NCBI GenBank assembly: GCA_021108075.1
Contig: JAIORP010000150.1
Coordinates: 3,396-67,395 of the forward strand
Source of the DNA: Candidatus Omnitrophota bacterium
GTDB lineage: Bacteria; Omnitrophota; Gorgyraeia; Zapsychrales; Zapsychraceae
Direction of reading: 5' to 3'
DNA: 64,000 bases
Below the pieces are notes generated by a model. That model did no database searches. It was not told the origin of the DNA and was given only the letters and a program-made list of their open reading frames with translations. This document shows, in pieces, positions 1-9,301 of the stretch. The translations under genes were made by a program, and so were the position numbers. The stretch's first letter is position 1. Each line of letters starts with the position of its first letter.

Positions 1-102
1 TCTTTGCAACGAAGCGAGATAAGTTATTAGGGGTATAATGAATCCCATTTATTTTTCGATCTATCTTTGAAAAACGAATATCAGCTAATACTTCAACCAT
101 TT
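1..102 (-). CDS. Partial gene running off the window start. Its N-terminus resembles a gamma-class N6-adenine DNA methyltransferase.
   Basis: Reverse-strand ATG at 102 gives MVEVLADIRFSKIDRKINGIHYTPNNLSRFVAK. The GxxYTPxxxxxF pattern resembles the TaqI/Eco57I-type MTase N-terminal motif. Only 33 aa are visible. Confidence 0.3.
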
Positions 103-763
103 AAAACTCTCCTCAATTAAGATATTATAACGAAATGATATATGAACTGCCAATTCAATCAAGAGAAAGATCCCAAAAATGTGATGATTAAATTATATTA
201 AATTATTGTGAGCAAATTGATTGTACTTTTATGGGGATTGCTTTCTTTATACCACACATATGAATGGTTTGTCAAGAATTTTGCTATCATAATGTTATCG
301 CAACATTAAAAACCCATAACCTGAACAACAACAAGTTTCATAAATCACTTAATTACAACATATTACATCTATAATATACAATGCGATAATCTCCCGACCT
401 TCAGGCTGTAAACCTGAAATTAATCAACAATGCGTGTAATTACGGCGCATGATCATGCCATATTTGCACATGTTCATCCGTTATTATTGGCTTTAAAGGC
501 CCTCTATAACAGCTATCAGCCTTAATCATTTCTTTAACCAAAGAAAAATCCTGCCTATTACAATAGATAAATCTAGAAAAAAAAACTACTTGCATACGAT
601 TTAAATCATTAAACCATTCCCTTGCCATCTCCACGGCTTCTCTCATTTGTTATCAACATAGACCCACGTATGATCATATAAAAGAACGTCAATTTAAATT
701 TGTTCCCCTTTGGGGAATTAATGTTAAATTTATTTATCGGGCTTTTTTCTACTTTTTTCGTCT

Positions 764-1411
764 CTACTTTTTCTCCAACTCCACCCAATCCACCCAGAAT
801 AAGCCTTTGCCCTGACCGGAAATACTTATTTGAATCGAAACCGTGCCGTCGGGGACCGTGAAGGTCTTCTCGACGGTTTGCCAGGTATCATATCGCGCCA
901 TATCAGCCTGTTGTTTAACCTGGTTCCAGGAAATCACATTCCGGCCCTGATCACGGGCGATGGTGCCCAGCCACAGGCGCGCCTCCCCCTCAGGCAAAAC
1001 CCGCACGCGCGCTTTATACGTAAAGACATCACCCGCCCGCACAATGACCGCTTTTTTAGGACGGATCGAATAATCTTTCACGCTGCGGCTTTTCAAAAAA
1101 TGATACACCGGTCGCTCACCGGCAATACGCGCGAAACCGCCTTCCACCAGGCCCTGCTCCCGGCTCCATGGATCATACCACTCCAGCGCGTTCAAGAAGG
1201 GCCAATTAAAGTCATAGCGCAACACTGTTCCCGGTTTGCCCGGCTTAACCATAATCGGCAGTTCGCGCTGCATAAACTTTAGCGGCAAATACCGGCTTAA
1301 ACTATACCTGCGGGAAAAATTAATGCCCAAAAAACATTTGTACCAGTAGGCAAGAAATCCAATAACCAGGATGATAAAGATCAGTTTCATCATTTTGTGT
1401 CTCATATTCAA
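764..1411 (-). CDS. Hypothetical N-terminally membrane-anchored protein
   Basis: 215-aa ORF with one N-terminal TM helix (LIFIILVIGFLAYWY). I recognise no motif. Confidence 0.45.
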   Translation of the reverse strand: MNMRHKMMKLIFIILVIGFLAYWYKCFLGINFSRRYSLSRYLPLKFMQRELPIMVKPGKPGTVLRYDFNWPFLNALEWYDPWSREQGLVEGGFARIAGERPVYHFLKSRSVKDYSIRPKKAVIVRAGDVFTYKARVRVLPEGEARLWLGTIARDQGRNVISWNQVKQQADMARYDTWQTVEKTFTVPDGTVSIQISISGQGKGLFWVDWVELEKK

Positions 1412-1462
1412 AACTTTATTATTCTAAGAGGCTGTACGAAAATAAAATTTTTGTTCAGCCTT

Positions 1463-2004
1463 CTACACTAATTGTGACAAAAAGGTTTGAACGGGAACAA
1501 TTACCGGACGCTGTAAAGCAAAACAATCATTGTCGACATAGTCCATATCAAAAACAACCTGAAAAGCGTGCTGGGGATGAATGGTCTTATAATAATACTG
1601 CAAGGCCTGTGTGAGCCCGCTTTTTTGTGAAGATTTCACTTCCACAATGATCCAGGGCGCATTATTTTTTGTTATCAAAAAATCAACTTCCCGCCTGGAT
1701 TTATCCCGTAAAAACCACAAACGATAATCCCCTGATCCGCTGTCCTGCCAAAAATGAACGGCTTTCATCAGATGAACAGCGACAAAATTTTCGTGCTTCG
1801 CGCCCTGATCAGAAATAAGTGACCAATCCCAGGAAGGCACAAAAACCGTTCAGTTCTTTGCCCGGCCATCAGGCTCACTGTTGTTTTGCCCGACTGGCGA
1901 GGCCCGGACACAAACAGCATTTGCCGATTGGACTTAAAATAATTTTCAATTACCTTCGTGTACATCCTTGGGATAGGATCCGTCATACTGGCCTCCTTTA
2001 CCAT
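1463..2004 (-). pseudogene. Decayed AAA_14/DUF4143-family ATPase, paralog of the two downstream genes. It is split into two overlapping frames.
   Basis: ORF 1768..2004 carries the Walker A motif (SGPRQSGKTT). ORF 1463..1840 carries the C-terminal DUF4143-like part (REVDF, IIVEVK). The frames overlap at 1768..1840 and the whole is much shorter than the intact 390-410-aa paralogs. Confidence 0.55.
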
Positions 2005-2150
2005 CTTCCGTCATACGACCAATACAGCACATGTCGTAAAACAGTCAAGACCAATTTACGACAGATACAAAAATAGACGCAATTCCCAAACTCCACTCTT
2101 TGCTGTCCAGCGCGAACTTATTGAAACTAAAATAAAATTGTTATCCACGA

Positions 2151-2217
2151 AAAAGTAGGGACGGTTGCATTTAATCACGCCTAAAGCGCGAATTAAATAC
2201 AACCGTCCCTATTTTTT
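2151..2217. repeat. REP-like palindrome family B (AAAAGTAGGGACGGTTG ... CAACCGTCCCTATTTTTT) overlapping the stop of the ATPase gene
   Basis: Inverted arms at 2151-2167 and 2200-2217. The distal arm encodes the last six codons of the 2193..3431 gene. Confidence 0.5.
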
Positions 2218-3431
2218 AAATATAAATTCTTAACAGACGCGAAGGAATAAATATGAATGCCTTCCCGGACGAACGAGCTGGATCCGCCATAAACCACACT
2301 TTTAGATAAAACATGCTTTGGATTTATTCGCTCTAAATAATTAAGCCCCTTAAACCAATCTCTGTTTATTGTTTGACCCGCCTTAATTTCAATCCCCATT
2401 AAATCCCGCGCTTTTTCGATAATGAGGTCCACTTCATTACCAGCATTATCTCTAAAAAAGTATAACGGAGCGCCGCGGCCATCCGCCCAATAATGCTTGA
2501 GGGCTTCCATAATAACAAAATTCTCAAACAGCCCACCCAACAAGGGATCGCGGCCGACTTGTTTAGCTTCTTCAATTCCCAACAAATAACAGGCCATACC
2601 CACATCCGTGAAATATAGTTTGGGAGATTTAATAACGCGCTTATTAAAATTCCGATAATAGGCCGGAAGTAGATAGACAATATAACTTGCTTCCAGAATC
2701 GAAATCCATTCCCGAACCGTTGTGTGCGAAAGGCCAATATCATTGCCCAGGCTTGACATATTCAAAACTTGCCCAACCCGTCCAGCGCATAATTTTAAAA
2801 ACTTTTGAAAAGATGAAAGATTTTTGATATTCACAATTTCCCGAACATCACGCTGGACATAGCTTTCCAGATAATTACGCATGGCCTCGGTTGGATTCAG
2901 TTTCTGGTCGTAAATTCGGGGATAAAAACCGGTATAGAGCACCTGGTCTAAAGAAAATTTCTTAAGTCGCGGACGGATTTCTTCAACAGTAAAAGGTAAT
3001 AATTTCAACAGATCAACTCGCCCGGCAAGCGATTGTTGAACCGTCTTCAAAAGAAGAATATTCTGACTGCCGGTTAGAATATACATCCCGTTCTTTTTCT
3101 TTGAGTCTACTATGCCTTGTAAATAAGATAAAAGATGCGGCGGGCTACGCTGTATTTCATCAAACACCGCGCCTTCGGGATAGAGATCAAGAAAACCACG
3201 GGGGTCACGCTCAGCAAATTCCCGATGATCAGGGTTTTCGAAAGAAACATACGGTTTGTCAGGGAACACCGCGCGACATAATGTGGTTTTACCAGACTGA
3301 CGCGGGCCGGTTAACAATACAACTGGATATTGCTTCGCCCCCTGCCTTAACTTTTTTTCTAAAAGGCGTTTGATCATGGTTAAATCATAACATGTTTCTT
3401 GCAAATTGCAAGTTGCATCTTCATAAAACAT
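2193..3431 (-). CDS. AAA+ ATPase of the AAA_14/DUF4143 (COG1373-like) family
   Basis: Walker A LTGPRQSGKTTL, Walker B-like ILTGS, C-terminal NEVDLIIE block. Its C-terminal codons form one arm of the palindrome at 2151..2217. Confidence 0.75.
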   Translation of the reverse strand: MFYEDATCNLQETCYDLTMIKRLLEKKLRQGAKQYPVVLLTGPRQSGKTTLCRAVFPDKPYVSFENPDHREFAERDPRGFLDLYPEGAVFDEIQRSPPHLLSYLQGIVDSKKKNGMYILTGSQNILLLKTVQQSLAGRVDLLKLLPFTVEEIRPRLKKFSLDQVLYTGFYPRIYDQKLNPTEAMRNYLESYVQRDVREIVNIKNLSSFQKFLKLCAGRVGQVLNMSSLGNDIGLSHTTVREWISILEASYIVYLLPAYYRNFNKRVIKSPKLYFTDVGMACYLLGIEEAKQVGRDPLLGGLFENFVIMEALKHYWADGRGAPLYFFRDNAGNEVDLIIEKARDLMGIEIKAGQTINRDWFKGLNYLERINPKHVLSKSVVYGGSSSFVREGIHIYSFASVKNLYLKNRDGCI

Positions 3432-3539
3432 AAAAGGTATAAACGACAGGCTTAGAACAAATGAGCTATTATCCCTCTTTAACCTCCAACTGTCCTTACT
3501 TTTCTTGTCCCTTCTTTTCTCCGACTATTCTGCAACGAA

Positions 3540-4718
3540 ATGCATAATAGACTTGACTATTCCGCAATGCAATGCTATATTTTCAACATGAACAGATATT
3601 TAAACAAACATATCATCAACGATCTAAAGAAAAAAATGGTCTTTATTACCGGGCCACGCCAGGTTGGGAAAACATACCTGGCTAAAGCCATCGCGGAAAA
3701 ATTTTCCTCCTCCGTCTATTTAAATTACGATGATATCGACCATGCCCGAATGATTCGTAAGCGGCAATGGCCCACAGCCAGCCCTCTTATTATTTTTGAC
3801 GAACTGCATAAAATGAAAAACTGGAAAAACTACCTCAAAGGAACGTTTGACACCCGTCCGGCAAACCAACAATATCTGATAACCGGCAGCGCCCGGCTGG
3901 ACACATTCCGCCAGACAGGCGATTCTTTGGCCGGCCGGTATTATCACTACCGCCTTAATCCTTTTTCTGTCCGTGAACTGAAATCCCCGAATGAAACCCC
4001 TTATGATATCCTTTCCCGTCTGATCACCCTGGGGGGCTTCCCTGAACCCTACCTGTCAGGAACACCGGTCGAAGCCAACCGCTGGCGTCAGCAGTACTTT
4101 ACCGGTATCGTCCGGGAAGATATTTTAGATTTCAGCCGTATCCAGGAGGTACGGGCCATCCGTCTTTTGGTTGACATGTTGCGCAAAAGAGTTGGAGCGC
4201 CGTTATCCTTCAGCTCCTTAGCCCGGGACCTGCAGATCGCGCCCAATACCGTTAAAAAATATATCGCGATTTTGGAAAGCCTTTATATCGTTTTCCTGAT
4301 CCGCCCCTACCACCGCGATGTTGCAAGGGCGATCCTTAAAGGACCAAAAATCTATTTTTATGACTGTGGATATGTTAACCGCGATGAAGGTTCCCGGTTT
4401 GAGAACGCGGTCGCTGTCAGCCTGCTGAAACACGCGCAGTACCTTCAGGATGTCGAAGCTCAGAATATCAGCCTCCATTATATCCGGACCAAAGAAGGGC
4501 GCGAACTGGACTTTGTCCTCACGCTCGACGGCCAGGCCCGTCAAGGGATCGAGGTCAAACTCTCTGATGACCATATCGCCCCGCCATTAGCCTATTTCAA
4601 GAAAAAACTCCCTGAAATGGAGATGCTCCAGCTTGTCCACAACCTCCGGCAGGAAAAAGATGTGGATGGGATTTCGGTCCGCCATGCCGGCGAGTGGCTC
4701 GCAAACCTTGACGCGTGA
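3540..4718 (+). CDS. AAA+ ATPase of the AAA_14/DUF4143 family (third paralog). The true start is probably the internal Met at about 3588.
   Basis: ITGPRQVGKTYL Walker A, YLITGSA, RELDFVL. About 35% identity by eye to the 2193..3431 product. Confidence 0.75.
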   Translation: MHNRLDYSAMQCYIFNMNRYLNKHIINDLKKKMVFITGPRQVGKTYLAKAIAEKFSSSVYLNYDDIDHARMIRKRQWPTASPLIIFDELHKMKNWKNYLKGTFDTRPANQQYLITGSARLDTFRQTGDSLAGRYYHYRLNPFSVRELKSPNETPYDILSRLITLGGFPEPYLSGTPVEANRWRQQYFTGIVREDILDFSRIQEVRAIRLLVDMLRKRVGAPLSFSSLARDLQIAPNTVKKYIAILESLYIVFLIRPYHRDVARAILKGPKIYFYDCGYVNRDEGSRFENAVAVSLLKHAQYLQDVEAQNISLHYIRTKEGRELDFVLTLDGQARQGIEVKLSDDHIAPPLAYFKKKLPEMEMLQLVHNLRQEKDVDGISVRHAGEWLANLDA

Positions 4719-4768
4719 AGTGGTGAAGCTTTGAAATACACCATGTATAATTTCACGTTGGGCCGCGG

Positions 4769-5179
4769 TTGGCCAAAATTTTGTTATGGCTCAAAAAAAA
4801 TAAGCGCGGCCATTTACCGAAATCGCCGAGGAATCAGGCCATTCAGTATACGTTGAACATACGCGAGAGATTAACCCGTTACACCAAAGACGGCCGGCTG
4901 CCGATTGACAATAATCTAGAGGAAAATGCCATCCGACCAATTGCTCTGGGTCGCAAAAACTGGATGTTTTTAGGCAGGGAGAATGGCGGGCATGCGGCAG
5001 CGATCCTCATGACCTTTTGCGCGACCTGCCGCAAACTCAAAATCAACACCTGGGAATATCTCAAAGACATCCTACAAAGAATCAACACCCACCCGATGTC
5101 AAAAATAGATGAACTCCTCCCCGACCGCTGGCAGGAGCTTCGTCAGCAACAGCTTGATTATACCAAATCCAATAAATAA
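4769..5179 (+). CDS. IS66-family transposase C-terminal fragment, non-functional
   Basis: 136 aa, 95% identical to the C-terminus of the 6389..7105 product. The DDE core is missing. Confidence 0.7.
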   Translation: MAKILLWLKKNKRGHLPKSPRNQAIQYTLNIRERLTRYTKDGRLPIDNNLEENAIRPIALGRKNWMFLGRENGGHAAAILMTFCATCRKLKINTWEYLKDILQRINTHPMSKIDELLPDRWQELRQQQLDYTKSNK

Positions 5180-5184
5180 TTCAT

Positions 5185-5268
5185 CTGATTTCTCATTGCT
5201 ATTTGCGTAAAAGCGTTCGCAAAAAACGATGAAAAATTTGGGCAATTATTTAATGGAATTGGTATTAT
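5185..5268. repeat. MITE family A copy, inserted inside IS66 remnant copy 1
   Basis: Ends with the TIR CAATTATTTAATGGAATTGGTATTAT. The interior matches the inverted interior of the 40629..40772 copy (TTTTGCGAAYGCTTTTACGCAAATAGC). Confidence 0.6.
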
Positions 5269-5363
5269 AACAAATAATAATCTTCTGATACAGATGGGTT
5301 GCTCTGACGCTTACCATTTTCCTGTTAAAAAACAGCTTGAAGCTATAGAAAAGCATCATAAAT

Positions 5364-5657
5364 CTAAACAAGCTGAATTTTCAACTTCTTCCCTAAAGCA
5401 ATTGCAGCTTTCTCTAAAGTTAAAAGAGTAACGGATCTATTCTCAGGATCAAGCAATCGATCTAACTGCATACGACTTTTCATATGCATACGTTCTGTCA
5501 TTTCCTTTTTAGTTATCTTCTCTTTTTTCATTGCTGCTTCAATCTGAAATGCAATAACTCTCTTTGCCGCTACTGCCTGAGATTCTTCTAAAATACCTTC
5601 GTCCTTTAAAAAATCATCAAAATTACTTCCAATATTTTTATTTTTCTTAATCATCAT
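5364..5657 (-). CDS. XRE-family HTH antitoxin (HigA-like)
   Basis: 97 aa, downstream of and overlapping the toxin-like gene by 4 bp. Helix-turn-helix region KKEKITKKEMTERMHMKSRMQLDRL. Confidence 0.55.
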   Translation of the reverse strand: MMIKKNKNIGSNFDDFLKDEGILEESQAVAAKRVIAFQIEAAMKKEKITKKEMTERMHMKSRMQLDRLLDPENRSVTLLTLEKAAIALGKKLKIQLV

Positions 5658-6040
5658 TTACCGCCCTTAAGTTCCTTCATTCGGCTTCTGGCCGTATCTA
5701 AATCTTGTTTTGGTATCTTCCGGGTCTTCTTAATAAATCCGTGCAATAAAACAATATACTCATCAGTCATTGTAAATATTACCCTTGAAATTTTATTTTC
5801 TAATTTCGTCCTTACCTCCCAAAGTCCTGCTTCTAATTTTTCCACTAAAGGCATTCCTGATGGCCAACCAAATTGAACTGTCTTAATATCCTCGCCAATA
5901 ATTTTCTTTTCTTTTTTCGTCAATGATACTAACCATTCTCTAACAGGCTCATTGCCTGCCTCTGTCATATAAAATAATACTGGTAAAGGTCTATCTGGTT
6001 TCATCTGATTAAAGTGTACCATAATTGGTACTTTTGTCAA
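5654..6040 (-). CDS. RelE/ParE-superfamily toxin (HigB/Gp49-like, DUF891-type)
   Basis: 128 aa. A GLWEVRT motif plus the typical toxin-first, antitoxin-second order of HigBA pairs. It sits between two IS66 remnants. Confidence 0.6.
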   Translation of the reverse strand: MTKVPIMVHFNQMKPDRPLPVLFYMTEAGNEPVREWLVSLTKKEKKIIGEDIKTVQFGWPSGMPLVEKLEAGLWEVRTKLENKISRVIFTMTDEYIVLLHGFIKKTRKIPKQDLDTARSRMKELKGGK

Positions 6041-6398
6041 ATTGATAAAATTTGAATTTCCTTAATAAATTGATTACATCATAATAATTTTGAAATTATA
6101 TTGACATTTCTCAAACAATATTAAATTTCCTCGTCAAAAAACTTCCCGGACCAAACGTTAAACGCGCCGTGAAGAGCTCCCCGATCCGGACACAAAAAGA
6201 ACAAACTCAAAAGTCGTAAGTGAAACTCTCCCATACCATTACAGATACTTCCCAAAAACCAAAACTCCATTTCAAGGCCAAAAACCAAAATTTGTCCCAA
6301 AAAACATAGTCGTTTCCAAAAAAGCAATGAAACATTATCTGCATCTTGAGGCTTACGAAAACCCAATACAAAAAACACTGGAATATATTTGAAAGACA

Positions 6399-7142
6399 CC
6401 ATGTATAATTTCACGTTGGGCCGCGGGCGTGAAGGGCCGGTGGAATTTTTCAAAGGATACAAAGGGAATTTTGTATCTGACGCGTATGGAGGATATGAAG
6501 AATTATTTCGGGTAGAGGATATTACAAGTATATCGTGCCGGACACACGCGCGGCGGTATTTCAAAAAGGCGCAGGACACGAGTCCGAAGGCGGCGACGGA
6601 GGTCTTGACGCTTATCGCGTGGCTGTATAAAATCGAGAAAAAGATTAAAATGGATAATCCGGATATCCGTCGGAAGGTCAGAAAAAAAGAATCCCGTCCG
6701 CGGTTGGCCAAAATTTTGTTATGGCTCAAAAAAAATAAGCGCGGCCATTTACCGAAATCGCCGAGGAATCAGGCCATTCAGTATACGTTGAACATACGCG
6801 AGAGATTAACCCGTTACACCAAAGACGGCCGGCTGCCGATTGACAATAATCTAGAGGAAAATGCCATCCGACCAATTGCTCTGGGTCGCAAAAACTGGAT
6901 GTTTTTAGGCAGTGAGAATGGCGGGCATGCGGTAGCGATCCTCATGACCTTTCGCGCGACCTGCCGCAAACTCAAAATCAACACCTGGGAATATCTCAAA
7001 GACGTCCTGCAAAGAATCAACACCCATCCGATGTCAAAGATCGACGAACTCCTCCCCGACCGCTGGCAGGAGCTTCATCAGCAACAGCTTGATTATACCA
7101 AATAATAATCTTCTGATACAGATGGGTTGCTCTGACGCTTAC
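6399..7142 (+). mobile_element. IS66-family remnant, copy 2, with a 5'-truncated transposase and an intact right inverted repeat
   Basis: CDS 6389..7105 (238 aa) corresponds to about the C-terminal half of an IS66 TnpC, including the DDE-region motif DNNLEENAIRPIALGRKNWMFLGS. No tnpA, tnpB or N-terminal half lies upstream. The terminal inverted repeat ends at 7142. Confidence 0.75.
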
Positions 7143-7156
7143 ATAAAATTCATCTA

Positions 7157-7237
7157 ATACCAATTCCATTAAATAATGACCAGAACCAATTCTGCTTTTC
7201 AGAATTGAAATAGAACAATTCATTAATGAATTTGTAT
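7157..7237. repeat. MITE family A copy, complete, with TIRs and a central hairpin
   Basis: Left TIR ATACCAATTCCATTAAATAATG, central palindrome CAATTCTGCTTTTCAGAATTG, right TIR CATTAATGAATTTGTAT. Confidence 0.6.
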
Positions 7238-7264
7238 AAATAACAGCTTAATGTTATTATATTT

Positions 7265-7519
7265 GGCTCTTTAAAGTTTTAAGTGGGTAAATGTGGATAA
7301 TTATACTTAACGGATTGTCCTTTTGGCTTGCAGACCGGGTCATAGTGGATATTTAATTTCCAAAAGAGATTCCTGTCTCCGCTTCGCTCCACAGGAATGA
7401 CAAAAACGGAGTGTCATTCCTGCGCAGGCAGGAATCTCAGATACAAAAAAAATTTAATTACCAAATTCATAATTTATATTAATTATTAATTTTTACCCAC
7501 TCAAAAGTCTAAAGAGCCT
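7265..7519. repeat. About 255-bp structured element bounded by imperfect 27-bp inverted repeats. It contains four alternating copies of the 8-mer GATTCCTG/CAGGAATC.
   Basis: Terminal repeat GGCTCTTTAAAGTTTTAAGTGGGTAAA at 7265-7291 against TTTACCCACTCAAAAGTCTAAAGAGCC at 7493-7519. The interior reads AGATTCCTG..CAGGAATGAC..GTCATTCCTG..CAGGAATCT. Confidence 0.5.
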
Positions 7520-7554
7520 TATATTTTAATACCACTTGCCCTTATCCGTGCCTG

Positions 7555-8292
7555 TTAATCCGTGTCCCTCCCCGCCACAACGGGCGGGCGTGTCTCACCG
7601 AAAATCAAAGCCTTCTTTTCCTCATCCAGTTTATCATACATATCCCGCGTAAAATCGATGATCAGCTCGCGGGCCCGCGCTTCAGACTCATCGTCATATT
7701 TGACCCGGTCCACATAATCCACACGGAATAAAAAACCGCTCTTTGACTGCTTCAACAGACCGGACAGCATCTGATCGAGCTTGATCCAGAAGGTCTCATG
7801 ATATTGCTTCTTGTCGATCGTCAGCCAGTAAGCGACAAACTTATCACGCTCAACCGTGGTATCCGGCAGGCCCTTAATAAACAAATACTTCATCATGATC
7901 ACCCGGCCGTCCTTCAACTCAACTTTAATCGGCTCCAGAAAATCGATTTCATTGCCCCCGGCGCGATGGCAATTTTCCGGAAAATGAAACGTAAAATTCT
8001 TACGCAGGTCACTGCCATATTCCAGAATCAAATTAACAAAAGACTTATCATGCTTATAAAACGTGCGGATCATCAATTCATTGATCGCCTGCCAGCGGAT
8101 ATCTTCAAATCCGGACGTATCCCGCGTGATACTCCGCCAGCCCCATAATTTTTCCGGAACAAATGTGTTCAAATGGATTTTTTCTCCGGGCGCGCTTTTC
8201 CGCGGCGGATTCAGATAGACAAAAAAGGCCGCCCCGATCATGATGATGGACAATATCAAATCCCTTTTATTTATTCTTGATTTACTTATCAT
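7555..8292 (-). CDS. EpsI-family exosortase-associated protein
   Basis: 245 aa with an N-terminal TM helix. It lies immediately downstream of the exosortase gene and overlaps it by 11 bp. Size and position are typical of EpsI. Confidence 0.55.
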   Translation of the reverse strand: MISKSRINKRDLILSIIMIGAAFFVYLNPPRKSAPGEKIHLNTFVPEKLWGWRSITRDTSGFEDIRWQAINELMIRTFYKHDKSFVNLILEYGSDLRKNFTFHFPENCHRAGGNEIDFLEPIKVELKDGRVIMMKYLFIKGLPDTTVERDKFVAYWLTIDKKQYHETFWIKLDQMLSGLLKQSKSGFLFRVDYVDRVKYDDESEARARELIIDFTRDMYDKLDEEKKALIFGETRPPVVAGRDTD

Positions 8293-9157
8293 TCTTTTTC
8301 TTTTTACCCATTAAGTGATACATCACATCCACAAGCCACATCAGGCCTAAAACCGTAATCACAAACAGCACTAAACCGGACGCTTCATGAAAGAAACCTT
8401 CGGCAAACTCATGCCCGAAATAATACGAGAAGACACCGGTCAAAGATATCCGGAATATATTGGCAAAGACTGCCAATGGCACGATGCAGCTAAAAACGAA
8501 CCATTTCTTTTTCAGGGAAAGGTCCTGAAAATACACGTACACCGCGCCCAGGCTTAACAGGGTAACAATTGAACGAAAGCCGCTGCAGGCGTCGGCAATA
8601 AGCAATTCATGGTCTTTCACCTTTAAAATGACGCCTCTCAAATCAACCGGCAATTGCAGCAATTGCAGCACCTTAAAACTCGCGAACGCGCTGATATTCT
8701 TAAGCGGCATGGTGATCGTGTCAATAACCAACCCCGGAGGCGGGATCATGAAAAACAGATAGGCCAATGGAAAAATTATTCGTTTAAAGGATTCTTTGGT
8801 GAACCGCAGGCGAAAGATGGCCCACATCATGATGACGAAAGAAGCGGCTTCGAGGAACATGAATTCGTTTAAAGTTGAGAATAAAAAAATGAAAATGGCT
8901 AGAATAAACAGCGCTATCCCTGAGGCGTTAACCCCGTCGTACCGCTTCAATTGATCTCTTTTCAACCAGATGATAATAATAGAAATCGGAACGATGAAAT
9001 AGGAATGGGTGTAGTCGGCTGTAGGCCATCCCAGAAAACTGAGACGGTAAAATGTTTTGGCGAACATCAATATCATTGAAGCACATATCAGCCAGTCGGA
9101 TAACCGGAATGAAACAAAAGTATCCTTTATACCAACAAAAAATTTCTTATCTAACAT
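8282..9157 (-). CDS. Exosortase (EpsH/Xrt family transpeptidase)
   Basis: Polytopic membrane protein with the catalytic Cys motif ADACSGFRS, the Arg motif NIFRISLTG and a conserved His block FGHEFAEGFFHE. Confidence 0.75.
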   Translation of the reverse strand: MLDKKFFVGIKDTFVSFRLSDWLICASMILMFAKTFYRLSFLGWPTADYTHSYFIVPISIIIIWLKRDQLKRYDGVNASGIALFILAIFIFLFSTLNEFMFLEAASFVIMMWAIFRLRFTKESFKRIIFPLAYLFFMIPPPGLVIDTITMPLKNISAFASFKVLQLLQLPVDLRGVILKVKDHELLIADACSGFRSIVTLLSLGAVYVYFQDLSLKKKWFVFSCIVPLAVFANIFRISLTGVFSYYFGHEFAEGFFHEASGLVLFVITVLGLMWLVDVMYHLMGKKKKNDK

Positions 9158-9301
9158 TTCAAAATCACCATAAAATCTTTCTTATATTAATAAAAGTAAT
9201 CCTTAAGATTATATGTATATCACATTTAACACTAAAATGCACAAAAAAAATTATCCCTGCTCTGATAAATATTTTAAGTCATCTTATGGTATAATGCCGT
9301 C

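Larger units (their letters stand above)
4741..5316 (+). mobile_element. IS66-family remnant, copy 1, with an internal deletion, a MITE insertion and an intact right terminal inverted repeat
   Basis: 4741-4770 equals 6399-6428, then the sequence jumps to the equivalent of 6701. This is a 272-bp deletion relative to copy 2. CDS 4769..5179 encodes the IS66 TnpC C-terminal motif IDNNLEENAIRPIALGRKNWMF. The terminal sequence AATAATAATCTTCTGATACAGATGGGTTGCTCTGACGCTTAC at 5275-5316 is identical to 7101-7142. Its reverse complement starts with GTAAGCG, typical of IS66 inverted repeats. Confidence 0.7.

Noticed and set aside
440-646. 68-aa minus-strand ORF
   Set aside because: It is isolated in an AT-rich intergenic stretch, has no motif and no partner genes. 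I kept it out of the feature list as unsupported.
830-1282. 150-aa plus-strand ORF
   Set aside because: It lies entirely inside, and antisense to, the longer 764..1411 ORF. It is Arg/Pro/Gly-rich from reading a GC-richer gene backwards.
6121-6729. 202-aa minus-strand ORF
   Set aside because: It lies antisense to the IS66 transposase fragment and the adjacent non-coding spacer. It has a low-complexity, Phe/Leu/Ser-rich composition typical of AT-rich shadow frames and no motif.
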